Assembly (NCBI GenBank): GCA_965248755.1
Contig: OZ252149.1
Span: 704,001 to 768,000 of the forward strand
Source: Candidatus Latescibacterota bacterium
GTDB lineage: Bacteria; Latescibacterota; CBDEFO01
Direction: 5' to 3'
DNA length: 64,000 nucleotides
Positions 10,453 through 21,012 of this stretch are shown piece by piece (the stretch's first letter is position 1; every line of letters begins with the position of its first letter). The notes below the pieces were generated by a model. It was not told the origin of the DNA and ran no database searches. It saw only the letters and a program-made list of their open reading frames with translations. The position numbers and the translations under genes are program-made.

Positions 10453-10666
10453 GAAGTTTACTGCTGTGATCACGAAGGAGGAAAACTGGTATGTGGCCCA
10501 TTGTGTGGAATTGGGAGTAGTCAGCCAGGGAAAGACGATAGAGGAGGCACAAGCGAACCTTAAGGAGGCTGTGGAACTTTACCTGGAGAGTTTTGGGACA
10601 GAAGACTTACCTGAGAGCTTGGGGGAGGTAGTTCTTTATCCTCTTGAGGTAGTAGTCAGTGGCTAA
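10445..10666 (+). CDS. hicB: HicB-family antitoxin
   Basis: MSKKFTAVITKEENWYVAHCVELGVVSQGKTIEEAQANLKEAVELYLE; AGGAGG RBS. Confidence 0.88.
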   Translation: MSKKFTAVITKEENWYVAHCVELGVVSQGKTIEEAQANLKEAVELYLESFGTEDLPESLGEVVLYPLEVVVSG

Positions 10667-10884
10667 ACTCCCTGTACTTTCGGGTGATGAGTTGATCAAG
10701 GCTCGTCAGGAAGACAGGTTTCCAAGTCGTGCGTAAAAGAGGGAGCCATGTTACCCTTCGGAAGGGAAGCTACAACACGGTCGTTCCCCTTCATCACGAG
10801 TTGGCAAAAGGTACACTTCTTGGAATCCTTAAACAGTGTGGTCTCAGCCGAGACGACCTTGAAGAATTGCTGGAGAAGATATGA
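10659..10884 (+). pseudogene. hicA: HicA-family toxin, frameshifted by one extra base
   Basis: MAKLPVLSGDELIKA / RKTGFQVVRKRGSHVTLRKG..TVVPLHHELAKGTLLGILKQCGLS; one extra base near 10706 breaks the frame. Confidence 0.8.
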
Positions 10885-11070
10885 ACATCATAAAGGACTT
10901 TGCGCGGGATATGAGCCTCTGTAAACCTCAACGAGAGGGTCTGGAGGTCTTTGATCGAGTTGTGACATCCTCTCCGATTGGTCGGGGTATCACAAAAAGC
11001 AGAACCTTGGTGCTATGATGGTCGGTGAACCTTCAGTCTCCTATGCCGTTGCCCCAGGAGAAAGAGGAAT
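10881..11070 (+). pseudogene. type III R-M Res (helicase/endonuclease) N-terminal remnant
   Basis: MNIIKDFARDMSLCKPQREGLEVFD (cf. LSLRxPQxESLE) and PSVSYAVAPGERG (cf. degenerate PSxxFALATGVGKT); ATGA overlap with the hicA stop. Confidence 0.5.
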
Positions 11071-11165
11071 AAAGAAAAAACAGGAAGAATGGGCAGAGAC
11101 AACAAAAATGACGCAAGCAAATATTGCAGCGAGTACAAGCATAGCAATGAAACTCGAAAAGGATA

Positions 11166-12578
11166 ATGGGGAAAGATCAAATGGCAGATGAATTCGATTT
11201 AGCCATCATCGGCAGCGGACCGGGAGGATACACCGCGGCTATCAGGGCGTCGCAATTGGGAATGAATACAGCCCTGATCGAAAGAGACAGGCTCGGAGGC
11301 GTATGCCTAAACTGGGGATGCATCCCCAGCAAAGCCCTCCTGAGGAGCGCGGAGATCTACCAGCTCATCCGTAGAGCAGACGAATTCGGGATAAAACTGG
11401 ACAATCTCGGCTTCGATTTTGAAAAGATTATCAAAAGGAGCAGAAGGACAGCCCAGAGACTCTCAAAAGGCGTAGAATATCTGATGAGTAAAAACAAGAT
11501 CACCGTCTATAAAGGGAGCGGAAGGTTTTCCTCAAAGGGCAATATAGACGTCATAGACGACGATGGGAAGGTTGTTGAATCCCTTACCTATAAAAATGCA
11601 ACAATATCCACAGGTGCAAGACCGAGATCTCTTCCCAATGTGGCGATAGACAGGGCGAAGATCATCACAAGCAGCGAGGCTATGAACCTGGAGACTTTCC
11701 CCGAATCCATGGTAATCATCGGAGGAGGAGCCATAGGAGTGGAGTTTGCCTACTTCTACAACGCCTTCGGATGCGAGGTCACACTGATGGAGATGATGCC
11801 CAGCATCCTCCCCCTGGAAGATAGTGAAATTACAGACGTACTCACCAAATCGCTTTCCAAGAGCAGAATAGAGATATTGACAGATTGCAGAGTGGAAAGT
11901 GTAGATACGACCTCAGAAGATGTTAAGGTGATCGCATCTGCAAAGGGGGATAAGATAGAACGCAGCGGAAATATCGTTCTGATGGCTGTAGGAGTTCAGG
12001 GAAATATAGAGAACATAGGACTGGAAGAATTAGGCATAGAGACAGAAAGAGGATTTATAAAAGTGGATGAAACCCTCCAGACCACCGTCTACGGAATATA
12101 CGCCATAGGGGACGTAGTCGGGCCCCCCTTATTAGCTCACGTCGCATCCTCAGAGGGCGTTTCAGTGGTAGAGACGACGGCAGGTATCGAAAGAGATCGT
12201 ATTGACTATGGCAACATCCCCTCCTGCACATACTGTCAACCCCAGGTAGCAAGCACAGGGCTTACAGAAGAGCAGGCAAAAAAGGAAGGTTACGAGGTCA
12301 AAATAGGAAGATTCCCGTTTCAAGCCAGTGGGAAGTCGATCGCCATCGGAGAAAACGAAGGACTGGTCAAGCTCATCTTCGACGCCGAGTACGGACAGAT
12401 ATTGGGTGGCCACATCGTAGGTGCAGAAGCCACAGAGATGATAGCCGAGCTCTGCACAGCTAAAACCCTTGAATCCACATACCATGAGCTTTTAAAGACC
12501 CCTCATGCTCACCCCACCCTATCAGAAGCCGTAATGGAGGCCGCAGGACAGGCTTACGGTGAGGCGATCAATATTTAG
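11166..12578 (+). CDS. lpdA: dihydrolipoyl dehydrogenase
   Basis: IGSGPGGY, GGVCLNWGCIPSK, IGGGAIG.E, HAHPTLSE; start may be ATG 11181. Confidence 0.96.
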   Translation: MGKDQMADEFDLAIIGSGPGGYTAAIRASQLGMNTALIERDRLGGVCLNWGCIPSKALLRSAEIYQLIRRADEFGIKLDNLGFDFEKIIKRSRRTAQRLSKGVEYLMSKNKITVYKGSGRFSSKGNIDVIDDDGKVVESLTYKNATISTGARPRSLPNVAIDRAKIITSSEAMNLETFPESMVIIGGGAIGVEFAYFYNAFGCEVTLMEMMPSILPLEDSEITDVLTKSLSKSRIEILTDCRVESVDTTSEDVKVIASAKGDKIERSGNIVLMAVGVQGNIENIGLEELGIETERGFIKVDETLQTTVYGIYAIGDVVGPPLLAHVASSEGVSVVETTAGIERDRIDYGNIPSCTYCQPQVASTGLTEEQAKKEGYEVKIGRFPFQASGKSIAIGENEGLVKLIFDAEYGQILGGHIVGAEATEMIAELCTAKTLESTYHELLKTPHAHPTLSEAVMEAAGQAYGEAINI

Positions 12579-12700
12579 CAGAGACAAGAGCGTGCGCTTT
12601 ATCTCGTACTAACAATTTATTTACCTGAGTTATCTTTCGATCTGGTGCAAACTTAGGAAATTCTCTCCCATAATCGACCCGAAAATTCTGAAATGGGGGG

Positions 12701-12729
12701 TTGACATTTCGTGTGATATGAATTATGTT
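12701..12729 (+). promoter_or_regulatory. sigma70-type promoter candidate upstream of dnaE
   Basis: TTGACA-17 bp-TATGTT. Confidence 0.5.
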
Positions 12730-12920
12730 TACTACCACAAAAAGATCCCCTTTCCCCTTTGAATTAAACCTAATCTCCCCGATAAGTTAAACAAGTACAG
12801 GTTCTTATGAATGTAATGTCTTCCCGTACCAGGGAGATGTCATCTTTCCTGAAACTCCCCTTTTGAGCTATACTCTTTCACTCTAACACCTTTATCTTTG
12901 GAGCGATTCGGAGGAGCCTC

Positions 12921-15900
12921 ATGCCATCAGCCGGTTTTGTTCATCTGCACAACCATACCATGTACAGCCTTCTGGACGGTGCCGTCAAGATCGAGGATAT
13001 GGCTCAGCGAGCATCAGACTTGGGAATGCCCGCCATCGCCATCACCGATCACGGAAACATGTTCGGAGCCGTGGAGTTCTACAAGAAAGTTAAGGAAAAA
13101 GGCATAAAACCCATAATCGGCTGCGAAGTCTACGTCGCAATCGAGGGGATGAATAGCAGAAGAGAGGTTATGGGCATAAAGGACGGAGCCAATCACCTCG
13201 TCCTCTTAGCCAAAAACAACAAGGGCTACAAAAACCTTATGAAGATAGTCTCAGCAGCCTATCTGGAAGGTTTCTACTACCACCCGAGAGTCGATAAAGA
13301 GATCCTGAAAGAATACTCCGAAGGACTCATATGTCTTTCGGCCTGTCTCAAAGGTGAACTCCCCTACCTTATCAGCATGAATCGACCGGAAAAAGCTAAA
13401 GAAGCCGCCTCGAAGTACCTGGAAATATTTGGTGAAGGGAACTACTATATAGAACTCCAAAGACACGGGATAAAGGAACAGGGGGAAGCCAATCCCGTCC
13501 TGATAGAAATAAGCAAGGAACTCGGCATACCGCTTGTGGCTACCAACGACGCCCACTATCTCCAGCAGGACCACACAAGCATGCACGACGTTTTGATCTG
13601 CATTCAGACCGGAAAGACCATAGAAGACGAAAAGCGGATGAAGTTCATAACTGACCAGGTCTATCTCAAATCCCCCGAAGAAATGCACAACCTATTCTCA
13701 GACGTCCCCGAAGCTGTGGAAAACACAGTGCAGATAGCCGAGAAGTGCGACGTAGAGATAGAACTTGGTAGACTCCACCTCCCGGCCTATCCCCTCCCCC
13801 AAGGATACGATTTTCCTGAGAAGTATCTGGAAGACCTTGCGCGCGAGGGGCTCCAAAAACGCTACGACGAGATCATGCCCGAAGTAGAAGAACGCTTCAA
13901 CTTTGAGATGGATATCATCAAAAAGACGGACTATGCGGGATACTTTCTCATCGTAGCCGACTACGTAAGATACGCACTGGAAAATGGAATAAGAGTAGGA
14001 TACGGCAGAGGCTCAGGTGCTGCAAGCATTGTAGCTTATGCCCTGGGTATAACGGGAATAGACCCGATCAAATACGACCTGATATTCGAAAGGTTTCTGA
14101 ACCTTGAGCGCATCGAGATGCCCGACTTCGACATAGATTTTTCGGACAAAGATAGGATCATCTCTTACGTGACAGGCAAGTATGGTTCCGACAGCGTATG
14201 TCAGGTCATCACGTTCGGGACGATGGCGGCAAAGGGCGTCGTCAGAGACGTAGGCAGAGCCATGGGAATACCTTACTCAGAGGTGGACAGGATTGCCAAA
14301 CTGATACCCAATGAGTTGGGAATAACTCTTGAGGGAGCCTTAAAGTCAGTCCCCGAACTCAAAGCGATGGAAAAGTCCGACGGTCCACAAGCTGAGCTCA
14401 TACACTACGCCAAATTCTTAGAGGGCTTAGCCAGACATGCGTCCGTACATGCGGCTGCAGTAATCATAGTCCCCGGTAAACTCACAGACTACGTGCCGCT
14501 TTACAAATCCCCAAAAGGAGACAAGATTACAACGCAGTACGACATGGACATCTGCAAGGATCTGGGTCTTTTAAAGATGGATTTTCTGGGTTTGAAAGAG
14601 CTTTCCCTACAAGACAACGTCGTTAAAATGGTAAGCGAGTACACCCCCGACTTCAATATCGAAAAGATACCTCTCGACGACAAGAAGACCTATGAACTGT
14701 TCGGAAGGGGAGACACCTGGGGCGTATTCCAGTTTGAAAGTCAGGGCATGAGAGAGAGTTTAAGGAAGTTGAAACCCGACAACATCGAAGACCTGATAGC
14801 TATGAATGCCCTCTACAGACCCGGTCCTATGGCTTACATACCCGATTACATAGCCCGCAAGCACGGGGTGAGTATAGAATACGATCACCCTCTATTAGAA
14901 CCCGTACTGAAGGATACCTATGGGGTCATAGTCTATCAGGAACAGGTGCTTAGGATAGCAAGAGACTTAGCTGGCTTTACCTTGGGAGAGGCGGACATAT
15001 TAAGAGCTGCTATGAGCAAAAAGAAGATGGAAATTATGGAGAAGCAGAAGGGAAAATTTTTTGAGGGATGTGAAAAAAAAGGCGTCGAGCCCAAGATCGC
15101 CGAAAAGATTTACAACGATATTGCCGTCTTCTCAGGCTATGCTTTCAACAGAGCTCATGCCGCCTGCTACGCTGTGATGGCTTACCAGAACGGCTACCTA
15201 AAAGCCAACTATCCTAAAGAATTTATGGCTGGCAGCCTTACCAACGACATGTCCGACAGCGACAAGATGGCATTGATGATCGAAGAATGCAAAAGGATTG
15301 GTATCGAACTCTTGCCTCCGGACATCAACGAAAGCCAGGCGGACTTTACAGTCACAGAAGAAGGTGTAAGATTTGGCCTTGCCGCCCTCAAGAACGTCGG
15401 AAGAGGAGCAGCAGACGCTATCAGCCAGGCCATAAAGAGAGTCGGAAAGTTCGAGACAATATTCGACTTCTGTGAGACAGTCGATCTGAGAACTGTGAAC
15501 AGAAGGGCCATAGAAAGTCTTATATGTGCAGGAGCTACAGACTCTATAGAGGGACACCGAGCACAACTCATACAAACTCTGAATACCGCTATCGAATCTG
15601 CCCAATTTGCGCAGGACCAAAGGGTGAAGGGCCAAATTTCACTCTTTGACGATAATCAGATAACGTCTGGTCGCACAGGTAAAAGGACCCTTCCTCCAGT
15701 CGAGGAGTGGACTGAGACACAAATGCTCGAAAAGGAAAAGGAGGTCTTGGGATTTTTCATGTCAGGTCATCCGCTCAAAAAATACGAAGATCAGCTAAAC
15801 GCCCTCATTGCCCATCCTTCGGACACCCTCCCTCAGCTTTCAAAGGGGGCCCCAGTCAAAATAGGAGGCATCATAACAGATGTCCGCCGAAACACAGATA

Positions 15901-16340
15901 AGAAAGGCGCACAGATGGCGTTCATCACACTGGAAGATCTCAAAGGCGCTGTGGACGTAGTCGCCTTCTCGGAGACATACGGAAAATACAGCTCTTTGAT
16001 TGAACCGGACAAATTAGTCATCATAAAAGGCAGGATGTCCGCCAACGGAAATAAGAGTGTCCAGGCAGAAGAGTTTGTCGTTCTGGATGAAGCCCTAAAG
16101 GGCAACGTCAAAGCCGTTAACCTTTCTATCCCCTTTGAACTTGTTGAAAGGGGTAAATTGATGGAGCTGAGGAAACTCTGCGAAATGTACAGCGGAGAAT
16201 GTGATATTCTAATCCATCTGGAAGACGAAGGCAACTCTAAATCTGTAATAAGGTCCAGAACCGTGACCGTCTCCCCCTCCAGCGATCTTATATCCGCTCT
16301 CAAATCCAGATTGGGAGAGGACAGGGTATGGATGAAATAA
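12921..16340 (+). CDS. dnaE: DNA polymerase III alpha subunit
   Basis: PHP domain FVHLHNHTMYSLLDGA, GRGSGA, MPDFDID, KMDFLGL, OB-fold C-terminus. Confidence 0.98.
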   Translation: MPSAGFVHLHNHTMYSLLDGAVKIEDMAQRASDLGMPAIAITDHGNMFGAVEFYKKVKEKGIKPIIGCEVYVAIEGMNSRREVMGIKDGANHLVLLAKNNKGYKNLMKIVSAAYLEGFYYHPRVDKEILKEYSEGLICLSACLKGELPYLISMNRPEKAKEAASKYLEIFGEGNYYIELQRHGIKEQGEANPVLIEISKELGIPLVATNDAHYLQQDHTSMHDVLICIQTGKTIEDEKRMKFITDQVYLKSPEEMHNLFSDVPEAVENTVQIAEKCDVEIELGRLHLPAYPLPQGYDFPEKYLEDLAREGLQKRYDEIMPEVEERFNFEMDIIKKTDYAGYFLIVADYVRYALENGIRVGYGRGSGAASIVAYALGITGIDPIKYDLIFERFLNLERIEMPDFDIDFSDKDRIISYVTGKYGSDSVCQVITFGTMAAKGVVRDVGRAMGIPYSEVDRIAKLIPNELGITLEGALKSVPELKAMEKSDGPQAELIHYAKFLEGLARHASVHAAAVIIVPGKLTDYVPLYKSPKGDKITTQYDMDICKDLGLLKMDFLGLKELSLQDNVVKMVSEYTPDFNIEKIPLDDKKTYELFGRGDTWGVFQFESQGMRESLRKLKPDNIEDLIAMNALYRPGPMAYIPDYIARKHGVSIEYDHPLLEPVLKDTYGVIVYQEQVLRIARDLAGFTLGEADILRAAMSKKKMEIMEKQKGKFFEGCEKKGVEPKIAEKIYNDIAVFSGYAFNRAHAACYAVMAYQNGYLKANYPKEFMAGSLTNDMSDSDKMALMIEECKRIGIELLPPDINESQADFTVTEEGVRFGLAALKNVGRGAADAISQAIKRVGKFETIFDFCETVDLRTVNRRAIESLICAGATDSIEGHRAQLIQTLNTAIESAQFAQDQRVKGQISLFDDNQITSGRTGKRTLPPVEEWTETQMLEKEKEVLGFFMSGHPLKKYEDQLNALIAHPSDTLPQLSKGAPVKIGGIITDVRRNTDKKGAQMAFITLEDLKGAVDVVAFSETYGKYSSLIEPDKLVIIKGRMSANGNKSVQAEEFVVLDEALKGNVKAVNLSIPFELVERGKLMELRKLCEMYSGECDILIHLEDEGNSKSVIRSRTVTVSPSSDLISALKSRLGEDRVWMK

Positions 16341-16352
16341 ATAGAGGGCAGC

Positions 16353-16373
16353 CCCCGATAGATTCAATCGGGG
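16353..16373. repeat. 21-bp palindrome family, between dnaE and dusB
   Basis: Exact reverse-complement copy. Confidence 0.9.
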
Positions 16374-16429
16374 GTGAGCAGGGACATCTCCTCTCTCTAC
16401 CAGCTATCTCAGTGAATGGGAGCTCCTCA

Positions 16430-17422
16430 ATGGTCAAAATAGGAAATTTGCAGATCCAAGAAAAGACCATCTTGGCGCCGATGTGCGGCATATCCGATTC
16501 CCCCTTTAGACGACTCTGTAAAGAGTTTGGAGCAGGACTGGTCTATACAGAGATGATAAGCGTAGATGGAATATTAAAAGGAAACGAAAAGACAAAGCGC
16601 TTGGCAAAATTCACCGAGTCCGAACACCCTATAGGAATACAGGTCGTCAGCAGCGATCCCAGACTCGCTGCAGAAGGAGCTAAGATCGCGGCGGACCTGG
16701 GTCCCGATCTGATAGATATCAACTTCGGATGCCCCGTCCCCAAGATCGTCAACCAGATGGCAGGAGCCGCCGCACTCAAGGACCCACCCTTGATGAGCAG
16801 AATCATAAAATCAGTATCCAGTGCTGTAGATGTTCCAGTCACAATAAAGACCAGGAGTGGGTGGTCACAAGACACAATAAACGCTCAAGAGATAGGGAGA
16901 ATTGCAGAAGAGTCCGGCGCCAGTGCAATAGCACTCCACGCCAGAACCAGGAAGATGAGATTCTCCGGAAGGGCTGACTGGAGCTTAATAAGACAGGTAA
17001 AAGATGCAGTATCCATCCCCGTCATAGGAAACGGGGATATTACGACTCCCGAAGGTGCCCTTGTGATGCTTCAGGAGACCGGGTGCGATTTAGTCATGAT
17101 CGGAAGGGGAGCTGTGGGGAACCCGTGGATATTCAAGAGGATGAAGGGCCTCCTGAAGACTGGCAAACTTACTCCCGAACCGACTCCTGCAGAGAGAATA
17201 GAAATGTGTATTAGACACCTGGATATGCTCATCGAGGAAAAGGGCGAATACGTGGCTGTAAGAGAGATGAGAAAACATATAGGCCCGTACACAAGGGGCA
17301 TGAAAAACGGTGCTATCTTTAGAGATAAGATTGTCAGAAAAGACGAACCGGATGAGATCAAAGGATTGCTGAGACAACTTGCTCAACTACAAGAGGAACT
17401 ACCGGTGACTTTACCCCTGTGA
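16430..17422 (+). CDS. dusB: tRNA-dihydrouridine synthase B
   Basis: LAPMCG, DINFGCPV.K, HARTR, IGNGDI, MIGRGA.GNPWIF; start set at ATG 16430 because the upstream extension contains a palindromic repeat. Confidence 0.92.
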   Translation: MVKIGNLQIQEKTILAPMCGISDSPFRRLCKEFGAGLVYTEMISVDGILKGNEKTKRLAKFTESEHPIGIQVVSSDPRLAAEGAKIAADLGPDLIDINFGCPVPKIVNQMAGAAALKDPPLMSRIIKSVSSAVDVPVTIKTRSGWSQDTINAQEIGRIAEESGASAIALHARTRKMRFSGRADWSLIRQVKDAVSIPVIGNGDITTPEGALVMLQETGCDLVMIGRGAVGNPWIFKRMKGLLKTGKLTPEPTPAERIEMCIRHLDMLIEEKGEYVAVREMRKHIGPYTRGMKNGAIFRDKIVRKDEPDEIKGLLRQLAQLQEELPVTLPL

Positions 17423-17465
17423 GGATTACAAAGCAGCAGGACAGACATTCACCTCCCCCAGTGCG

Positions 17466-18233
17466 ATGAATCCAGAGAGAATAAGAGAAATTCTACAGAA
17501 GATAGAAGATGGCACACTCGATGTGGATGAGGCGACAGATCAATTAAGATCGCTGCCCTTTGAGGATCTGGGGTTTGCCAATGTAGATCACCACCGGGCC
17601 TTAAGGCGCGGCTTTCCAGAGGTGGTGCTCTGCCAGGGCAAGACAAAGGAACAGATAGTCCGAATCTCCGAAAGCATACTTGAGGCAGGATCAGTACTCC
17701 TTGCCACAAGAGCCGATCAAGAGGCGGGAGAAGCCGTAAGAAAAGCCATTCCTTACGCCCGGTACAACCCCGTAGGCAGAACCATCATCGCCCGTCCTAA
17801 AGGGTCACAAGAATTACAGGAAGACGGCAAAGGCACAATCTTAATAATCACAGCGGGCACGTCAGACATCCCCGTAGCAGAGGAGGCCTCCGACACGGCC
17901 CAGGTAATGGGCAACAGGGTCGAAACGCTCTTCGACGTAGGAGTTGCAGGCATTCATCGCCTCTTGGAACGAAGAGAACTCATCCACTCTGCGGCCGTCA
18001 TTATCGTGGTCGCCGGGATGGAAGGGGCGCTGGCAAGCGTGGTCGGTGGTCTGGTAGACGTTCCCGTCATCGGCGTTCCGACGAGCGTGGGCTACGGGGC
18101 TAGTTTCGCCGGTCTGGCCGCCTTATTAGGAATGCTCACGTCCTGCGCATCGGGAGTTACGGTCGTTGGCATAGACAACGGCTTTGGAGCGGGCTACGCC
18201 GCAAGTTTGATAAACAGGGTCAGAGAGGATTGA
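17466..18233 (+). CDS. larB: nickel pincer cofactor biosynthesis protein LarB (PurE-like)
   Basis: DHHRALRRGFPEV, AGTSDIPVAEEA, DVGVAGIHRL, VAGMEGAL, VPTSVGYG, IDNGFGA. Confidence 0.93.
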   Translation: MNPERIREILQKIEDGTLDVDEATDQLRSLPFEDLGFANVDHHRALRRGFPEVVLCQGKTKEQIVRISESILEAGSVLLATRADQEAGEAVRKAIPYARYNPVGRTIIARPKGSQELQEDGKGTILIITAGTSDIPVAEEASDTAQVMGNRVETLFDVGVAGIHRLLERRELIHSAAVIIVVAGMEGALASVVGGLVDVPVIGVPTSVGYGASFAGLAALLGMLTSCASGVTVVGIDNGFGAGYAASLINRVRED

Positions 18234-18575
18234 GCACTTCGCCACGTTCAAATCTCAGATTCAAAAGATGAGACTAAACTACTTATCAAGACTTGGCACC
18301 TTAAATGAAACCAATCGAGCCTACCGCCTTCGGCACGTCTCGACATAGGCACTGCGCGGGCGGGGCTTCAGACCTGGCCCTTAGGTGCTGCCCCCTACGA
18401 TGCATGAGATGGCATTCCTCCGCCACTGGTGAGTGATGGTATTCCGTCATATTTTTTATAAAGGAGATAGACAGTAAAATAGTTGGACTATCCCCGCTGG
18501 TCTGCCCTGACAGTAGTCAGGCTATCTCCTGCCCTCCCTGTATGCTTTCTGCTGGAACAAAAGAAACCTAATAAT

Positions 18576-19772
18576 ATGACACTAATAGTATTCTGTGCTG
18601 TCCTGACACTGTTAGTCGCTTTGAACGCTACTGTCTATGCGCAAGACCTTTCCGACACCAAGATCGCCTTTGTGTCATTCCGCGACGGCGACTTTGAGAT
18701 CTACGTGATGGACACAGATGGAACAAACTAAATGCGGCTTACCAACAACTCGGCGATTGACGTAAAGCCTTCTTGGTCGCCTGACGGGATGAAGATTATC
18801 TTTGAGTCAAACCGCGTTGGCAACGCGGAACTCTACACAATAAACGCTGATGGAACAGACCTGACGCGGCTTACTAACAACTCGGCTAATGACTTCAGTC
18901 CTCGTTGGTCTCCTGACGGGACGAACATCGTGCTTATGCGCGATGCCCCGGGCTATGAGATATACACAATAAAGGAGGATGGAACAAACTATACGCGGCT
19001 GACCAACAACAGGGCGCTTGACGTAAGCCCTTCCTGGTCTCCAGATGGGATGAAAATCCTCTTCAATTCAAACCGCGATGGCGATCCGGAAATCTATGTG
19101 ATGAACGCTGACGGGACAGAACCAGTAAATCTGACCAACAACCTGGTGCGTGACTTTGCCCCTTCTTGGTCGCCTGACGGTTCGAAGATTGCCTTTATAT
19201 CATACCGCACTGACGGGCCGCACATTCACGTTATGAACACGGATGGAACAGACGAGATGCAGTTGGCCAATATCCATGTGACGGAATTCGTCCTTTCCTG
19301 GTCACCGGACGGACAGAAGCTCGCCTTTACAACAGCCCGCTTTGGCCGCCGTAATATTTACGCGGTGAACTCCGACGGGACAAATTTACGTAATCTGACC
19401 AACAGCTCGACCCAGGACATGCTTCTTTCTTGGTCTCCGGACGGACGGAAGATCACCTTTACAACTGACCGCGATGGCAACGATGAAATCTATGTGATGG
19501 ACTCCGACGGGACCAACCCAGTCAATTTGACCAATATCTCAACAAATGACGGCGGGTCTGTTTGGTCGCCGTTCCTCTCATCTGCCCCTGCTCCTCTTGC
19601 AGGAGATTTTGACGGGGACAATGAAGTTGATCTATCCGACTTTGTCCTTTTTCTGGATCTGTTCGGGAGGACGGTCGCTTCAGGAAGCAAATTTGATCTG
19701 GACGGCAATGGAGAGATCGGTCTATCCGACTTTGTGGTCTTTCTGGATAACTTTGGAAGGACAAACAAGTAG
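18576..19772 (+). pseudogene. secreted TolB-like PD40 beta-propeller protein with C-terminal dockerin/EF-hand-like domain; in-frame TAA at 18729-18731
   Basis: Signal peptide (..VYA/Q), repeated P.WSPDG.KI.F.S.R.G..EIY.MN.DG, GDFDGDNEVDLSDFVLFL tail; the two ORFs are in one frame separated only by TAA. Confidence 0.85.
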
Positions 19773-19965
19773 ACAGGGAGTAAGGGGAGGGCACTTCGTG
19801 CTCTGCTCTGCTGCCACCTCAGGTGGGCTTATGTCTTACCGTATCATATCAGGCGGAATGGCGACATATTGCTTACTGGGTTTCCACCTCACCATCCCTA
19901 CCATTTGCTACTGCACATCCATTAGTTCTACTGTCTGTTCTACATCATTTGCTCAAGGATCACCG

Positions 19966-20460
19966 TCAATACTTCTTCTTCTCGGCTGAGATGACGATGT
20001 CTTTCTTCGTGCTTTCCACTATGGCGATTAGTTCCTCTTGCTCCTTTTCGGGGACTTGGAACTTGTCCAGGGTCTTCCGAAAGTCAACTACCATCGCCTG
20101 CCACTCTTTCTCGGTGATGTTCATATGCTGATGTACCACCTTCATCGAACGCCCCGTATATTTCTGAGGTCCACCGGTTACCTGGCAGACCAAGGAGGTG
20201 ACGCGGTACTTGAGCCCTGCCTTGGGCACCCGATCCCTGGCCTTGTTGACCACTGGGTTGGCGTTCAGGACGTCGTTGACCAATAGACGCTCGATGAAGT
20301 CGTCCACCACAGTCGCGATATTGTACACGCCGCCGAGCCGCTCATAGAGCGTCTTTTCCAATTTTTCCTGGGCTACGCCCGGTGTCCCATTCCACAGCAC
20401 GACCAGAACAAAAGCTAAAAGAGGATGGAATATCCTCACGAACAAGCGTTCTATTTGCAT
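19966..20460 (-). CDS. group 1 truncated (2/2) hemoglobin with N-terminal signal peptide
   Basis: TLYERLGG, VVDDF, TGGPQKYTGRSMK..H (proximal His); hydrophobic leader ending VA/Q; AGGAG RBS before ATG 20460. Confidence 0.88.
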   Translation of the reverse strand: MQIERLFVRIFHPLLAFVLVVLWNGTPGVAQEKLEKTLYERLGGVYNIATVVDDFIERLLVNDVLNANPVVNKARDRVPKAGLKYRVTSLVCQVTGGPQKYTGRSMKVVHQHMNITEKEWQAMVVDFRKTLDKFQVPEKEQEELIAIVESTKKDIVISAEKKKY

Positions 20461-20528
20461 ATTGTTCACTCCTTTCCTTGCCGCTATTCCGCCTATGTGT
20501 TCAGAGTTGCCGAACTGCCTTGTGCAAT

Positions 20529-20549
20529 CCCCGATTGAATCTATCGGAG
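20529..20549. repeat. 21-bp palindrome family
   Basis: CCCCGATTGAATCTATCGGAG (1 mismatch). Confidence 0.88.
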
Positions 20550-20840
20550 ACAATATCACTAAGCATAGATTCCAATTTTTCTTTCAGTTTCGATTCAACA
20601 GCTTGGTTAACATATAACGTTCTCATTGTTACCTCCCCCCTTCTGCCACCGTTTCGCTTAATTAGTTTGTATCCGAAGTCTAAAATGCGAAGTGCTTCGG
20701 ATTAACAGTGGAGAATATACAAAAGAAGCCTCTTAATGTCAATGGGTTAATGAAAACACTTGGCAGATGACCGATTATACATTACATTCTGGCAGTCTAC
20801 TAATACAGGACTGGGAGACGGTATCATGTGTGCTGTCTAC

Positions 20841-20985
20841 GAGATTGCTTCGCCCACTTCGTGGCTTGCCCCGATTGAATTTATCGTGGGCTTGCTGCCT
20901 CCCGAGCCAGGCGGCCACGCCGCCTGGCAATGACAGCTGCTGAGACCCTTAGTCATTGCGAGGGGCCAAACCCCGAAGCAATCTC
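20841..20985. repeat. pair of inverted GTCATTGC...GAAGCAATCTC elements; the first carries a 21-bp palindrome at 20869-20889
   Basis: GAGATTGCTTCG...GCAATGAC (20841-20934) and GTCATTGCGAG...CGAAGCAATCTC (20952-20985). Confidence 0.85.
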
Positions 20986-21012
20986 AACGTGCTAGACCGT
21001 TATAGAGACCAT

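Noticed and set aside
10972..10988. CTCCGATTGGTCGGGG as another 21-mer copy
   Set aside because: Shorter, different loop, and lies within the Res-like remnant frame; may be chance
18295..18390. Possible degenerate integron attC site after larB
   Set aside because: Only weak end complementarity, no cassette array, and the only integrase remnant is 16 kb away
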